From a virus, in IMG/VR virus record IMGVR_UViG_3300031962_000002, positions 1 to 64,000 of that record: a stretch of DNA of 64,000 bases, one strand, 5' to 3'. Below the pieces are notes generated by a model. It searched no databases and was not told the origin of the DNA. It was given only the letters and a program-made list of their open reading frames with translations. A program made the position numbers and the translations under genes. This document shows positions 17,009-26,448 of this stretch, in pieces. Numbering within the stretch: the first letter of the stretch is position 1; every line of letters starts with the position of its first letter.

Positions 17009-17631
17009 ATTTTCCAATTTGCTAATGTTTGTCCCGGATTGTCAATTTTTGCCATTATCGTGGCCCCAGCGGATAATCCTTCCCCTCCTGGTGAACCACC
17101 AACAGAGATATTCCACATATTCCCTGCCTTCACTATACCTGCGGACCCACTCCCTGTGGATGGGAAATTGTTAGAACTTGCATCGTAGTCTCCAAGATAA
17201 TCAACCGTCCCTGCCGGAAGCGAAACAGTTAATCGCCCTGCCGATAGTGCAGCGATAATTCCTTCAAAATCTACCTGTGAGGCAACTCCCAAAAGGGCAC
17301 CTTGATTGTAGAAGATGATGTTATTTCCAGCAAGAACTATTTGAACGTTGAGGGCCTGCCCTACTATTGGACTGACTCCGGGGAATGAATACTGTCCTGA
17401 AAGTTGCCGCAAAGCATATAGAAGGCTATCTGACAATGCCATCGTCATGTCGGCCTGATGAACATACGCCGTCAACAAATAGAGAATTTGTTTTGCTGTT
17501 TTTAACTGTTTTTTAGACTCTATTCCGTTGACGATGTTATTCGAGGCTTGGGCGCCAAGTTGTATCATGCGGTTTGTGGCCGCAAGGATTATAGCGTTTG
17601 CTTGTGTGCTTATTTGGCTTGGTACACCCAT
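16999..17631 (-). CDS. Putative virion/tail-fibre anchor protein
   Basis: YLGDYDASSN.FP...AGNMW motif; located in the structural block. Confidence 0.55.
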   Translation of the reverse strand: MGVPSQISTQANAIILAATNRMIQLGAQASNNIVNGIESKKQLKTAKQILYLLTAYVHQADMTMALSDSLLYALRQLSGQYSFPGVSPIVGQALNVQIVLAGNNIIFYNQGALLGVASQVDFEGIIAALSAGRLTVSLPAGTVDYLGDYDASSNNFPSTGSGSAGIVKAGNMWNISVGGSPGGEGLSAGATIMAKIDNPGQTLANWKIWF

Positions 17632-17634
17632 TTT

Positions 17635-18327
17635 TTAAAATTGTGCGCCATCGGCAAAATTCCAAACTGCTCCCAATGTCGTTAATCCCTCTGCATTTGA
17701 TTCAGCGTCCAAATTGTCACCTAATTGATCGGCTGACTGAATACACTGAATAAGTGTGTAAATATTGTCAAGGCGTTCTTTTTGCGAATCGTCCTCTGGA
17801 ATACCTAGAAGTCCTTTTTGGGTATAGCCTGCCATTTGATTTGACCAATACGTCGCGGCATTATAAGCCGTACTCCGACCAAGTATCGTGGTGATAATTG
17901 AAGAATTTCCAATGATTGTTGTAAAATCAATTACCGCTGCCCAAGTTCCGTCAGCGCCTGGCGTAGAACTGGTCGTGGTATTCGCTTGGTAGACTGTTCC
18001 GGCATATTCTACTACATTCCCACTCACATAACTTCCTGAACTCCAAATTGGTATGTTCAGTTTTGAGGCTTCATACCATCCGTCAATCGTTCTTTCGTAA
18101 GTGAATGTTGTCGCGGTTAAAGGATTGTAAGAATCAAGTACAAGTACTGTGTCGGCTGAATTGACATTTTTCTTTTTGAGTACTACATAATGGGCGTATG
18201 TGTTGAAGGCTGGATTTGGTGCGCCATACCCTCCTGGATTAGTAGAAGCATTGTAATTACCTGTGGTATCAGTAACAATCACTTGTGTACTACTGAATGT
18301 TACTGTAATTACCACTGATAATGCCAT
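17635..18327 (-). CDS. Putative virion protein with a CBM5/12-like module
   Basis: DTTGNYNASTNPGGYG N-terminal motif and WSSGSYVSGNVVEYAGTVYQA...PGADGTW. Confidence 0.65.
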   Translation of the reverse strand: MALSVVITVTFSSTQVIVTDTTGNYNASTNPGGYGAPNPAFNTYAHYVVLKKKNVNSADTVLVLDSYNPLTATTFTYERTIDGWYEASKLNIPIWSSGSYVSGNVVEYAGTVYQANTTTSSTPGADGTWAAVIDFTTIIGNSSIITTILGRSTAYNAATYWSNQMAGYTQKGLLGIPEDDSQKERLDNIYTLIQCIQSADQLGDNLDAESNAEGLTTLGAVWNFADGAQF

Positions 18328-18361
18328 TGCTTTTTTATTTTAAATAAAATTATTAAAACTG

Positions 18362-18394
18362 AAAAGGGTGAGCCACCTTAACGATGGCTACACC
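18362..18394 (-). terminator. Intrinsic terminator
   Basis: Minus strand reads gggtgtagcca-tcgttaagg-tggctcaccc-tttt. Confidence 0.6.
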
Positions 18395-18436
18395 CGATTC
18401 TCGCTTCCCCCACCTTCCTAAAGCGGTCCTTAAATT

Positions 18437-19333
18437 TCATTTGGTCACGTTTAACGCCTGCCGTAGCATCTTGGCGAATAACTGGTAGTTCTTTTTCCCT
18501 TCTTCGCTCATCAAATAAGTGATCAAGGATTCAACTTTATCGATGTCTGCTTCAGGCTTATGAAGTTCTACCATGTCGGTATCGGTATCTAACCAATAAG
18601 CGCCGCCATCGAATGTTAAAACAGCATAAACCTGGGCATCGTAAATCTGAACCCTCAATTGTGTTTTCTGGTCAGGATGGGCACCCATTACCTGTTTAGG
18701 GAAAGTATGTGCCAACTGAATAAGTTCGTATTTTACCTCATCTGGCTTATTTGTAAAGCCTTCTAGGAATGATTTCACATGAAGTTTGGCATCTGGGCTG
18801 GTGTTCATTTTGGCTGCTACCTCTTTGAGGTATTGCCATGAACTTTCGCGTATCATTTTCTCTGCTTGATACCTCATATCAGCCAATTGCATGAAAGAAG
18901 TGACTCTCTTCGTGCCAACCAACTCGAACTTGGGGGCAAATTTTGCTCCCATCTGCTTACGGTAGAAATTGGATTCATTGTCCTTGTTCCGCATCGCGAA
19001 CTGATAAATCGCTGGATCTGACGTCCGCAATTCTCCTTTTTTGAATTCGAGGGCCTGATATACCGGTCGGGCTTGTGATCCGCCACCCATGGAAGTATAG
19101 CCCTTTATGAAAGTCGCTATTTTCTTAGACTTTGGACCGCCTACTTCGTAGGGATCGGTTATTTGTTGTACACCTGAAAGTTGTACGAATTCAGGACATG
19201 ACGGAAAATCTCTGCTCCCGTCCTTAACAAAGGCGTTTTTGAGCCGAAATACGGCTACATCGTTCTCTTTTAATTTCGGAATGGAATTAAGCAACTTCGG
19301 GCTTAACTCTTTGACATCGTCTAGAATTTGCAT
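18437..19333 (-). CDS. Hypothetical protein downstream of the major capsid gene
   Basis: 298-aa ORF; position only. Confidence 0.7.
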   Translation of the reverse strand: MQILDDVKELSPKLLNSIPKLKENDVAVFRLKNAFVKDGSRDFPSCPEFVQLSGVQQITDPYEVGGPKSKKIATFIKGYTSMGGGSQARPVYQALEFKKGELRTSDPAIYQFAMRNKDNESNFYRKQMGAKFAPKFELVGTKRVTSFMQLADMRYQAEKMIRESSWQYLKEVAAKMNTSPDAKLHVKSFLEGFTNKPDEVKYELIQLAHTFPKQVMGAHPDQKTQLRVQIYDAQVYAVLTFDGGAYWLDTDTDMVELHKPEADIDKVESLITYLMSEEGKKNYQLFAKMLRQALNVTK

Positions 19334-19355
19334 TTTGAGTTGGGGGTTAAATTAT

Positions 19356-19392
19356 TAAAAAAAGGAAGGGGAGGTTAAAATTTCCCCTTCCT
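19356..19392 (-). terminator. Intrinsic terminator after the major capsid gene
   Basis: Perfect 10-bp stem aggaagggga/tccccttcct followed by a T-tract on the minus strand. Confidence 0.85.
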
Positions 19393-19397
19393 GTAAA

Positions 19398-20837
19398 TCA
19401 TGCTGCTTTTGTCAGAATCAGGAACTTGTTACGGCACCGGATTTCCAACCCTTTGTACGACATCGCATTTATCCTCCAGAATGCGGCATCGCTCGTCGCT
19501 CCACCAGGGGCCAACGCACCGTCGCTCCATACCCTGTGGTCACCTTTGTTCTCATGAGCTGCGCCACCACAGTCGGCATATACCAACTGGAGGTAAGGCT
19601 CACGATCATTGTAACCATCACCTGGTTCAGGATTCATGGTCGTTCCCATGGGAATGAAGACAGCCATATCTTTGTACGGCATGTTTCCAGCACCCAGTGA
19701 ATCAGAATGCGCCAAGCAATCCCATGTCTGCATGTGTAAATTGTAAGGCTCGATGTTGATCGACTTGAAATTCAAACTAACTGCCTGTTCTTTGCCCTTG
19801 TCAAAGGCATCGAAAGAGATGTTTTTGTCAGAATTCAAATTGAAATCAATAAGCCAGTTTTTCCAGCCAAGGTTTAAGTTCAAACCCTGACCTACGATGT
19901 AGTCATGCTCCCCGTAGGACCGGTTCAGAATCAAAATCGCATCATCCACGGTGGTCATGTCAGGAGTACCAAAATACTCAAGCGTGTTACCATTTGCGTT
20001 GATTTGAGGAATCAAACCAGTTGCCATTTGGATGTTCTTCGAGTTCGCATTGGTAAGCGCATTAGAGGCTGGGTTGACCAATAAAGCCAAGTCTTCCTGA
20101 TATGCAAACCGATCCATCATTTCATCAATCCCAAGGGGGTGCAAGAACGGAATACCGTTCCACTCGAATTCTGTTTCGTTACCCTGCGCAAAGTCGCTGG
20201 CAAGGTAAGATTCCCTGAAAGCCTGGATGTAGTTCGTCACCTTGTCGGTGTTCGGAGTACGGCTTTCCGTAGCGGACGATTGTTCTTGTTGCGCATTGGA
20301 GTAGAACACCATCGAAGAACCAACCACTGCGGCTGCAATGATATTATAATTCGTGGAGTCTACCGGATAAACCGTCACCGTGTGGGCGCTGTCAACTGTC
20401 CTGTTCACAGAATACACATATCCGGCTGTTTGGTTCTCGAAAAGAACCGTCTGACCAACTACAGGGAATGATTGCTTTCCACCATTCAGGTGATCGCCAG
20501 GGGCCAGCGTGATCGTGGCATTCGTGCCATTATCAACAACCGTGGTCACCGTAGCGGATGCCGACATCCACTGTCCATTCTCATGGTAGTAGTACTGGAA
20601 GCGCTTCGCTTTCCGCTTTCCCATATACCCTTTAACTACTCTCATCCACTGAAGCGCCGCTGCTTTGGGCACCCGCTGAATGAGTTTCTTGTAATAATCG
20701 CGTTGGTAGATATCGTAACTAGATACTAGACCATACGCGAGAATCTGTCCGTAATTTTCACCGCTGTTTCCATAGGTCGCTGATGGACCGCCTGAACCAT
20801 TGATGCCCGGAACTGCACTTGCGTTCGTATTTGCCAT
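19398..20837 (-). CDS. Major capsid protein
   Basis: 479 aa, after a scaffold-like gene and before a strong terminator. NYIQAFRESY and TGLIPQI segments fit HK97-type capsid proteins. Confidence 0.8.
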   Translation of the reverse strand: MANTNASAVPGINGSGGPSATYGNSGENYGQILAYGLVSSYDIYQRDYYKKLIQRVPKAAALQWMRVVKGYMGKRKAKRFQYYYHENGQWMSASATVTTVVDNGTNATITLAPGDHLNGGKQSFPVVGQTVLFENQTAGYVYSVNRTVDSAHTVTVYPVDSTNYNIIAAAVVGSSMVFYSNAQQEQSSATESRTPNTDKVTNYIQAFRESYLASDFAQGNETEFEWNGIPFLHPLGIDEMMDRFAYQEDLALLVNPASNALTNANSKNIQMATGLIPQINANGNTLEYFGTPDMTTVDDAILILNRSYGEHDYIVGQGLNLNLGWKNWLIDFNLNSDKNISFDAFDKGKEQAVSLNFKSINIEPYNLHMQTWDCLAHSDSLGAGNMPYKDMAVFIPMGTTMNPEPGDGYNDREPYLQLVYADCGGAAHENKGDHRVWSDGALAPGGATSDAAFWRINAMSYKGLEIRCRNKFLILTKAA

Positions 20838-20901
20838 TTTTGTTTCTTTTTTAAAGGTTTAAATTCATCCGCTTTAGGATAGATTTAGTCTTTAAAAAAA
20901 C

Positions 20902-22107
20902 TCAAACTTCAATTCCCTTTGCCTGTGCCCATGCTTCCGCTGGTGAGTTTGCCTTTTTCTTGGCAACCACTGGCGGTTGAGGTACTTGGGACGGGTTTTT
21001 GGGGTCAGACGCATTTCTGGCTTCATTAACTTTGGCCAGTTGACCTAATTTTAAGCCATGCGCGTATGCCATTTGAGCTTTCTTTTGGTGGTTCCGCATC
21101 TCATGAAATTCCCGGACGAAGGACGGATAATCAAATCCTTTCTCCGTCTGGAACTCAGCCATGAAATTATTCCACCATTGTTGGGGGTTTAAGGCATCCT
21201 GTTTCAAGGTTTCGAGTTCTTGTGGGTTCTCGATGACCATGTTCAAGAAGTCGCTTTCCTGGGGGGTTTCAGTGAACGCGAGCCTTATTCCTCCAAAGTT
21301 GTCTACCGCACTTTGAATGTTTCTCTCCACTTCTTCAGAGATTTGTCGTGCCTGTTGTTGCGGCTGCTCTTCGGCAGCCTTAAACGACTTAGAAACCTCT
21401 GAAATTAACTTTGTGGCATCCTTCACTTCGTTAGCAAGGGCTCGTTCTTTGACAAGATTCCCCTCTAAGTCGGCATACTTTTGTTCGTATTCGGCTTGGA
21501 AATATTCATGGGCTTTGTCTGGTGTCAAATCCGAGTTTTTCGGATCAACCAGATAAGCCTCAAAAAGTACTTCCTTTGGGGATTTCCCTTCTGGATTAAA
21601 GGATACCGCACGGAGAGTGCGCATGGCAGTTTGGGCCGCTTCCGGTCCTGAGAGATCAGCCAAAAGTTCGTGAACCATCCTTGTTCGTTCATCTTTGTAT
21701 TTTGGCTTAAATCCTTGTTCTGCCTGTTCCAACAGTTCATTATAGTGGTTAAGAACGCCTACCAAATCTTCTTCCGATTTGATACCGCCATCTGTCAATT
21801 TGCTTAGATGGCCGTAAAAAACAGGATCTTCGATTGTGGCCTCTTGCGGGGCCGTAGCAGGCGTTTGGTCACCAGCTTTTGGTTCTGCTGGAGGTGTCGC
21901 AGTATTATCGTCTTTCGGCAAAGTTGCCGTTGGTGTCGGTTGTGGTTTTTCGCCCTCTTTTTGTAAAGGAGTGGTTTGTACTGGCGGCGCTGGTGGTTCT
22001 GCTGGGGGAGTGACTGGGGGCGTTGGTTGCAGTGGTTCTGCTCCGGGAGGGGCTGCATTCATATTTTGGAATGCTTCCTGAAGGGTACTGCCTGATAATT
22101 TTTCCAT
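20902..22107 (-). CDS. Capsid scaffolding protein
   Basis: Acidic, Pro-rich N-terminus and helical body; directly upstream of the capsid gene. Confidence 0.7.
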   Translation of the reverse strand: MEKLSGSTLQEAFQNMNAAPPGAEPLQPTPPVTPPAEPPAPPVQTTPLQKEGEKPQPTPTATLPKDDNTATPPAEPKAGDQTPATAPQEATIEDPVFYGHLSKLTDGGIKSEEDLVGVLNHYNELLEQAEQGFKPKYKDERTRMVHELLADLSGPEAAQTAMRTLRAVSFNPEGKSPKEVLFEAYLVDPKNSDLTPDKAHEYFQAEYEQKYADLEGNLVKERALANEVKDATKLISEVSKSFKAAEEQPQQQARQISEEVERNIQSAVDNFGGIRLAFTETPQESDFLNMVIENPQELETLKQDALNPQQWWNNFMAEFQTEKGFDYPSFVREFHEMRNHQKKAQMAYAHGLKLGQLAKVNEARNASDPKNPSQVPQPPVVAKKKANSPAEAWAQAKGIEV

Positions 22108-22244
22108 GTGGGGGTATGGTTTTTTCTATCCGTTTTTCTATTTAGCATAATGTACGGATATGCGAATGAACTATTTTTTTGATTAATTTGCAAATAGATT
22201 GCACTTGAAGGACAAGTGCTGCCATTAACTAAACAGAAAAAACT

Positions 22245-22547
22245 ATGGCACAATCAGTAAAGCCTCCCTTCGTGGGAGCAATCGTTATCTACCATGTCTC
22301 AGATAGCGAGAAGGTTCAAAACAACGGTTCCAATGAAATGCCAGCGATCATCACGCGGGTATGGTCCAAAACTCCACCATTCACGGTGAATTTGAAGGGA
22401 CTGCCGGATGGTACGGGTACTTTTTGGAGAACTTCTGTCATCCACCAAAATCCTTATCCCGGCACAGTCGTAGCCCAGATAAGCGGATGGCGCTGGCCAG
22501 ATGAAGACTTGCAACGTGGTGAAGCATCCATGGAAGCGAGTGAGTAA
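22245..22547 (+). CDS. Conserved-type phage hypothetical protein on the opposite strand
   Basis: VGAIVIYH...PAIITRVW...VNL...WRWP pattern; has its own terminator. Confidence 0.75.
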   Translation: MAQSVKPPFVGAIVIYHVSDSEKVQNNGSNEMPAIITRVWSKTPPFTVNLKGLPDGTGTFWRTSVIHQNPYPGTVVAQISGWRWPDEDLQRGEASMEASE

Positions 22548-22552
22548 AAATT

Positions 22553-22573
22553 AGAGGGCTTCGGCCCTCTTTT
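22553..22573. terminator. UUCG-tetraloop intrinsic terminator between convergent genes
   Basis: agagggc-ttcg-gccctct-ttt. Confidence 0.85.
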
Positions 22574-23115
22574 CATAAAGCCTTACATTTCTCTATCGCC
22601 TCTCGCGCTGACTCTTCGTGGTTTGGTTGATAGCCCATCCGATCGGACATCTGAAATAAGTCTTCGTGCGGCATGATCACCGTGTTCCATGGCTGATTGA
22701 GATGTGTGAAAATCCTGTCGGCCTCCCGGAGCAAGTTCTGATCAACTCCGTATTTATCTATGTACTTGTCGAATACTTTCAGCATTCCTTTGTGGAAATA
22801 ACAGCCCCAGCCGACCAGCGTACAACCCATGTCTTCGTACTTCTTCTGAAATTCCTTGGTCATTGTATTGGTCAATCGGCCATCGTATTTTGAAAAAAGA
22901 ACCTGGTAGTTCACGAAGCAATCATCGTCACACACAAAAATAATGTCATTCTTTGCTTTCGCTGCGCACAAATAGCGATGATAAACAGACGGACACTTGG
23001 TATAAATTAAAATTTCATCGAAAAAATCTTGATCAAGTCTGTCAAGAATTATTTCAGGAAAATTATCTTCGCGAGTTATTAAAATGCAACTTATCTTTTC
23101 CATCCTATATTTCAT
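22573..23115 (-). CDS. GT-A-fold glycosyltransferase-like protein
   Basis: IFVCDDDC (DxD), LVGWG and READRIF; the start may be 23103. Confidence 0.65.
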   Translation of the reverse strand: MKYRMEKISCILITREDNFPEIILDRLDQDFFDEILIYTKCPSVYHRYLCAAKAKNDIIFVCDDDCFVNYQVLFSKYDGRLTNTMTKEFQKKYEDMGCTLVGWGCYFHKGMLKVFDKYIDKYGVDQNLLREADRIFTHLNQPWNTVIMPHEDLFQMSDRMGYQPNHEESAREAIEKCKAL

Positions 23116-23725
23116 TTAATTTTGCGAATTCACCAAATTGTATTTTAGCTGCTTCATTATATGCCTTAGCAGCTAATTCAGCCGTCCTAAACGCTCCCAA
23201 GTAACTCTTCCCAACTTTTGCTTGATAAGTGTTATTTCTAGTTTTATGTACTCCTTTATAAAAGCTGGTTACCCTCTTTGAAACATTTTGAGTATTTTGA
23301 GCCGTGGTGCATATCCTTAAATTTATTCTCCGGTTGTCAAGTTTAATTCCGCTAATATGATCTGTGTCCATGCCTTTTGGAGTATTCATAATAAGGCGGT
23401 GCATTGTCTCTCTGATGCCATGTCTTGTGCTAGTGGCTGCATATCCAGTTTTTAAAATTAACCATGTATGCTTATTAACTAATTCAAAGTCTTCTTTGTC
23501 AAAAAGTACATTGAATATTCCACGACTATTTTTTATTACAATCTCACAATGTGATTCATGATGGATTATTTCATTTTGTCTCTTCCTTTTGCCTTTTAAT
23601 TTATCTGCGGCCCTTTTTTTTCTACAATCATTGGAGCAAAAATGACCATGACCATTTTCAATGACATGAGGCCACACAAAAAATTCTTTGCCACATTCTC
23701 CGCAAATCCTTAATATTTTAGGCAT
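23105..23725 (-). CDS. HNH homing endonuclease with an AP2-like domain
   Basis: MHRLIM...DHISGIKLDNRRINLR and LGAFRTAELAAKAYN...FGEFA. Confidence 0.9.
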   Translation of the reverse strand: MPKILRICGECGKEFFVWPHVIENGHGHFCSNDCRKKRAADKLKGKRKRQNEIIHHESHCEIVIKNSRGIFNVLFDKEDFELVNKHTWLILKTGYAATSTRHGIRETMHRLIMNTPKGMDTDHISGIKLDNRRINLRICTTAQNTQNVSKRVTSFYKGVHKTRNNTYQAKVGKSYLGAFRTAELAAKAYNEAAKIQFGEFAKLNEI

Positions 23726-23729
23726 ATCA

Positions 23730-24569
23730 CTATATCAAATTTAAAATTTCCTCTTTGGTGTACCGTTCACTGTGAAAAGAATCTGGCAATTCAGGAGTTA
23801 TTATTTCGTGCATGTTCTCCCCAGGCTGAAGGCCAATTGTCTTAACTGGCACCTTGCCGTACTTTTCCATCATGGCGTTAAGAAGGTCACCCAATCGAAT
23901 TGATTTCATGGCAGTGATGTACGGTGTCGCATCTTTAGCTTTCTCAATGCACTCAAAAATCAAATCAATGGCCTGATCTACTGACCAGAAAAATCTTGTG
24001 GAGTCAATATCGGTTACTATTATTTCTTCGCCTTTCTTCATTTTGTCTCTCCATTTGCACAAAACCGACCCCGAACTATAAAGCACATTTCCGTATCGTA
24101 CAGTCCTATATTTGGTATAGCAATTCATCTCTTGCGCCTCAATCATCATTTTTTCTCCCAATTTCTTTGAAATTCCATAGACCCCAGTTCCTTGAGCTGC
24201 CTTATCGGACGAGATGAATACAAATTTGTCAGGATTAGTTTCCAGTGATTCGTTTATCACATTCATGCAACCTATAACATTTGTGTTTATGCACGATTGA
24301 ACATCCTTCTCAGCAATACCCACATGTTTAAGCGCCGCCATTAAAAAAATTTGGTCAGCAAAATTCATTGCTTTTTTACCCACCGATTGATACCGGATGT
24401 CGCCAATCATTATTTGCACAGATGGAAATTTTTCTTTCAATGCAACCGCCAATGATTCATTTCGTGAAACGGATAGGATATTTGTTTCTCCTTGTGAAAT
24501 CAACCGTTGAATAAGTGCATGACCAAGGAATCCAGAACCTCCAAATAAAACAATTCTACTATTTTTCAT
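23730..24569 (-). CDS. UDP-GlcNAc 4,6-dehydratase-like SDR (PseB/FlaA1/CapD family)
   Basis: GGSGFLG, AALKHV, SSDKA, YGISK, RYGNV..SSGSV and PGENMHE. Confidence 0.85.
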   Translation of the reverse strand: MKNSRIVLFGGSGFLGHALIQRLISQGETNILSVSRNESLAVALKEKFPSVQIMIGDIRYQSVGKKAMNFADQIFLMAALKHVGIAEKDVQSCINTNVIGCMNVINESLETNPDKFVFISSDKAAQGTGVYGISKKLGEKMMIEAQEMNCYTKYRTVRYGNVLYSSGSVLCKWRDKMKKGEEIIVTDIDSTRFFWSVDQAIDLIFECIEKAKDATPYITAMKSIRLGDLLNAMMEKYGKVPVKTIGLQPGENMHEIITPELPDSFHSERYTKEEILNLI

Positions 24570-25122
24570 TGATCAGTGTTTTTACATAAAATCCGTCCTC
24601 TTGATTAAGGCCCGCCAATTTGACTCCTTCCCACCGACTCGACAATGATGAGTTGGTGAAATATGGAATACACGGCATGGAAATCGACTGTGCCCCAGCC
24701 ATCTTCATAATTTTGCTCCCTTCCATTTCAAACCGCCAAGGGGTGTAAGTTTGAAGTAGCAACGAAATCAAATACTCCCGATACCAAATGCTGTATTGTG
24801 TTGTGCACGGGTATTCCTCTTGCTCTTGCTCTGAACACTCACAAAGTTTTGCACACACCAGCGCGCCTCCAATGCCTTCGTCAGCTTCTTTGTAAACTTT
24901 CTCATCAATTGGGCCAGAAATCAGATAATCGTCTAAGGCAAAAATCACCTTGTCATCTGTCAGATATCGTAGAAAGTCGGCGATGTACGCTCCCCAGCCG
25001 TTGATCCCTCCTTTGTAGTTGAGATAGATGGTATCAAACTGTGGCAAATACTTTTTAGTAAGATACTTGCTGGCTGGAACAATTTTCTGTGAACCCGGAT
25101 GACCTATGAGAATTATTTTCAT
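24559..25122 (-). CDS. Glycosyltransferase-like protein
   Basis: FALDDY and TPWRFE.GS motifs; cluster context. Confidence 0.55.
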   Translation of the reverse strand: MKIILIGHPGSQKIVPASKYLTKKYLPQFDTIYLNYKGGINGWGAYIADFLRYLTDDKVIFALDDYLISGPIDEKVYKEADEGIGGALVCAKLCECSEQEQEEYPCTTQYSIWYREYLISLLLQTYTPWRFEMEGSKIMKMAGAQSISMPCIPYFTNSSLSSRWEGVKLAGLNQEDGFYVKTLINEK

Positions 25123-25514
25123 CTTTGGAGAATGTAGTAATTGTCAACGTGATTGATCGGGGAGAATCCGGCCTTCACAAATGCTCTGAATGAACCGATA
25201 TTGCCATCTACAATTTTCGCAAACATCCCTGGTTGACAAATCCTTGTGATAATCTGCGAGGCAATACCCAATCCCCAAAAATTTCTGTCTAACCAGATAC
25301 TTATTTCATTGCCAAAAATTCTCACTGCCCCAATTCTTCGGCCAGAATCAGTTTCAATGATTTGAAAGAAAATGATATTTTTTTCCAGCCATTTTAAGTG
25401 GTCAATTAGTTTTATTTCATCATGCGATTTGATGGCAAACTGTCTTGTCTCTGGATAGTTTTTTAACTCCAACATAAAGTTGGCGTCATCCATAGTCATT
25501 GGGCGTAGGTTCAT
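25119..25514 (-). CDS. GNAT N-acetyltransferase (PseH-like)
   Basis: LRPMT.DD...HLKW...FWGLGIA...NIGS.RAF.KAGF; ATGA-coupled start at 25514. Confidence 0.8.
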   Translation of the reverse strand: MNLRPMTMDDANFMLELKNYPETRQFAIKSHDEIKLIDHLKWLEKNIIFFQIIETDSGRRIGAVRIFGNEISIWLDRNFWGLGIASQIITRICQPGMFAKIVDGNIGSFRAFVKAGFSPINHVDNYYILQR

Positions 25515-26170
25515 AGCGGCCATTGTTTTGAGTGTCGAAAATGGAAAAAGCAAATCTCTTCCCAGTTATGGTCGATTGAATTAAAATCAACCTTTTGAAA
25601 TAATTTATTGCCTTCTTTTTTTAGGATTGGTGTTGTTGTCCACGGCATCCCTTGTTGGAAGTCATACTTGTACCTCAGTCCTGATAATTCCAGTATGCGG
25701 GAAAATTGCGTCTCAACCCATCCTGACGATTCTGGATTTCTTAATTCAACTTCCCACAGAGGATAATTTTTGAACAGATTATTGACCTCTGGCGAATTCC
25801 TGTAAAGACTGAAACATCCGCACACATACTCATTGTGGCCTGAATAAACATCCAGTTCGTTGAGTAGTGAGTCTGGCACGAACTTATCAACATCGCCGAA
25901 TACCATGTCAAAATCACAGGTCCCCCACCAGTCATAATCTTTGATCTCATCCTTATAAAGCAACCCGAGTGCGCAACGGTAGTCCCATACCTTCGTACCA
26001 CCAACAACTCCAGGATAATCAATGCCGAGTTTTTGTTTGACACGAAGTTTAAAGTCCGCCAGATCAGTATCAATAATCATGTGATACCCTTTCGGCCACT
26101 CGAATTTGTTCATCCATTCTGGAAATTTTCCGAAGTATGGACAGATAAGTATTTTTTTTAAGCCTGACAT
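25511..26170 (-). CDS. DUF6625-like putative glycosyltransferase
   Basis: PYFGKFPEW...KVWDYR...YDWWGTCDFDMVFGD. Confidence 0.75.
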   Translation of the reverse strand: MSGLKKILICPYFGKFPEWMNKFEWPKGYHMIIDTDLADFKLRVKQKLGIDYPGVVGGTKVWDYRCALGLLYKDEIKDYDWWGTCDFDMVFGDVDKFVPDSLLNELDVYSGHNEYVCGCFSLYRNSPEVNNLFKNYPLWEVELRNPESSGWVETQFSRILELSGLRYKYDFQQGMPWTTTPILKKEGNKLFQKVDFNSIDHNWEEICFFHFRHSKQWPL

Positions 26171-26448
26171 TGTTTCCTGTAACTTTCAATTGCTGGTAAA
26201 AAATTTCTTGAATCTGTTATCTGGTTTGCCAATTGATGAGCAATGGCTTCTCCATTAATAATTGGATAATAGCCCCATCTTTTTTCTATTGGCCAAATTT
26301 TTTGAAAAGATGTAGGATAGTATCCAGTTAAAAACCAATTTTTTATTTCAGCAAAATCATTTCTACCTCCATCAACGCCAAAGATCGCCAGATACTTTCT
26401 GAAAAAATCTTCAATTTGTTCTTCTGATAAATAATTCATAACAACCAC
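26158..26448 (-). CDS. Hypothetical protein
   Basis: Coupled ORF within the sugar cluster. Confidence 0.6.
   Translation of the reverse strand: MVVMNYLSEEQIEDFFRKYLAIFGVDGGRNDFAEIKNWFLTGYYPTSFQKIWPIEKRWGYYPIINGEAIAHQLANQITDSRNFLPAIESYRKQCQA

Noticed and set aside
23105-23725. HNH gene as a group I intron within the sugar cluster
   Set aside because: It sits between two intact ORFs with almost no flanking non-coding sequence, so it is a free-standing homing endonuclease.
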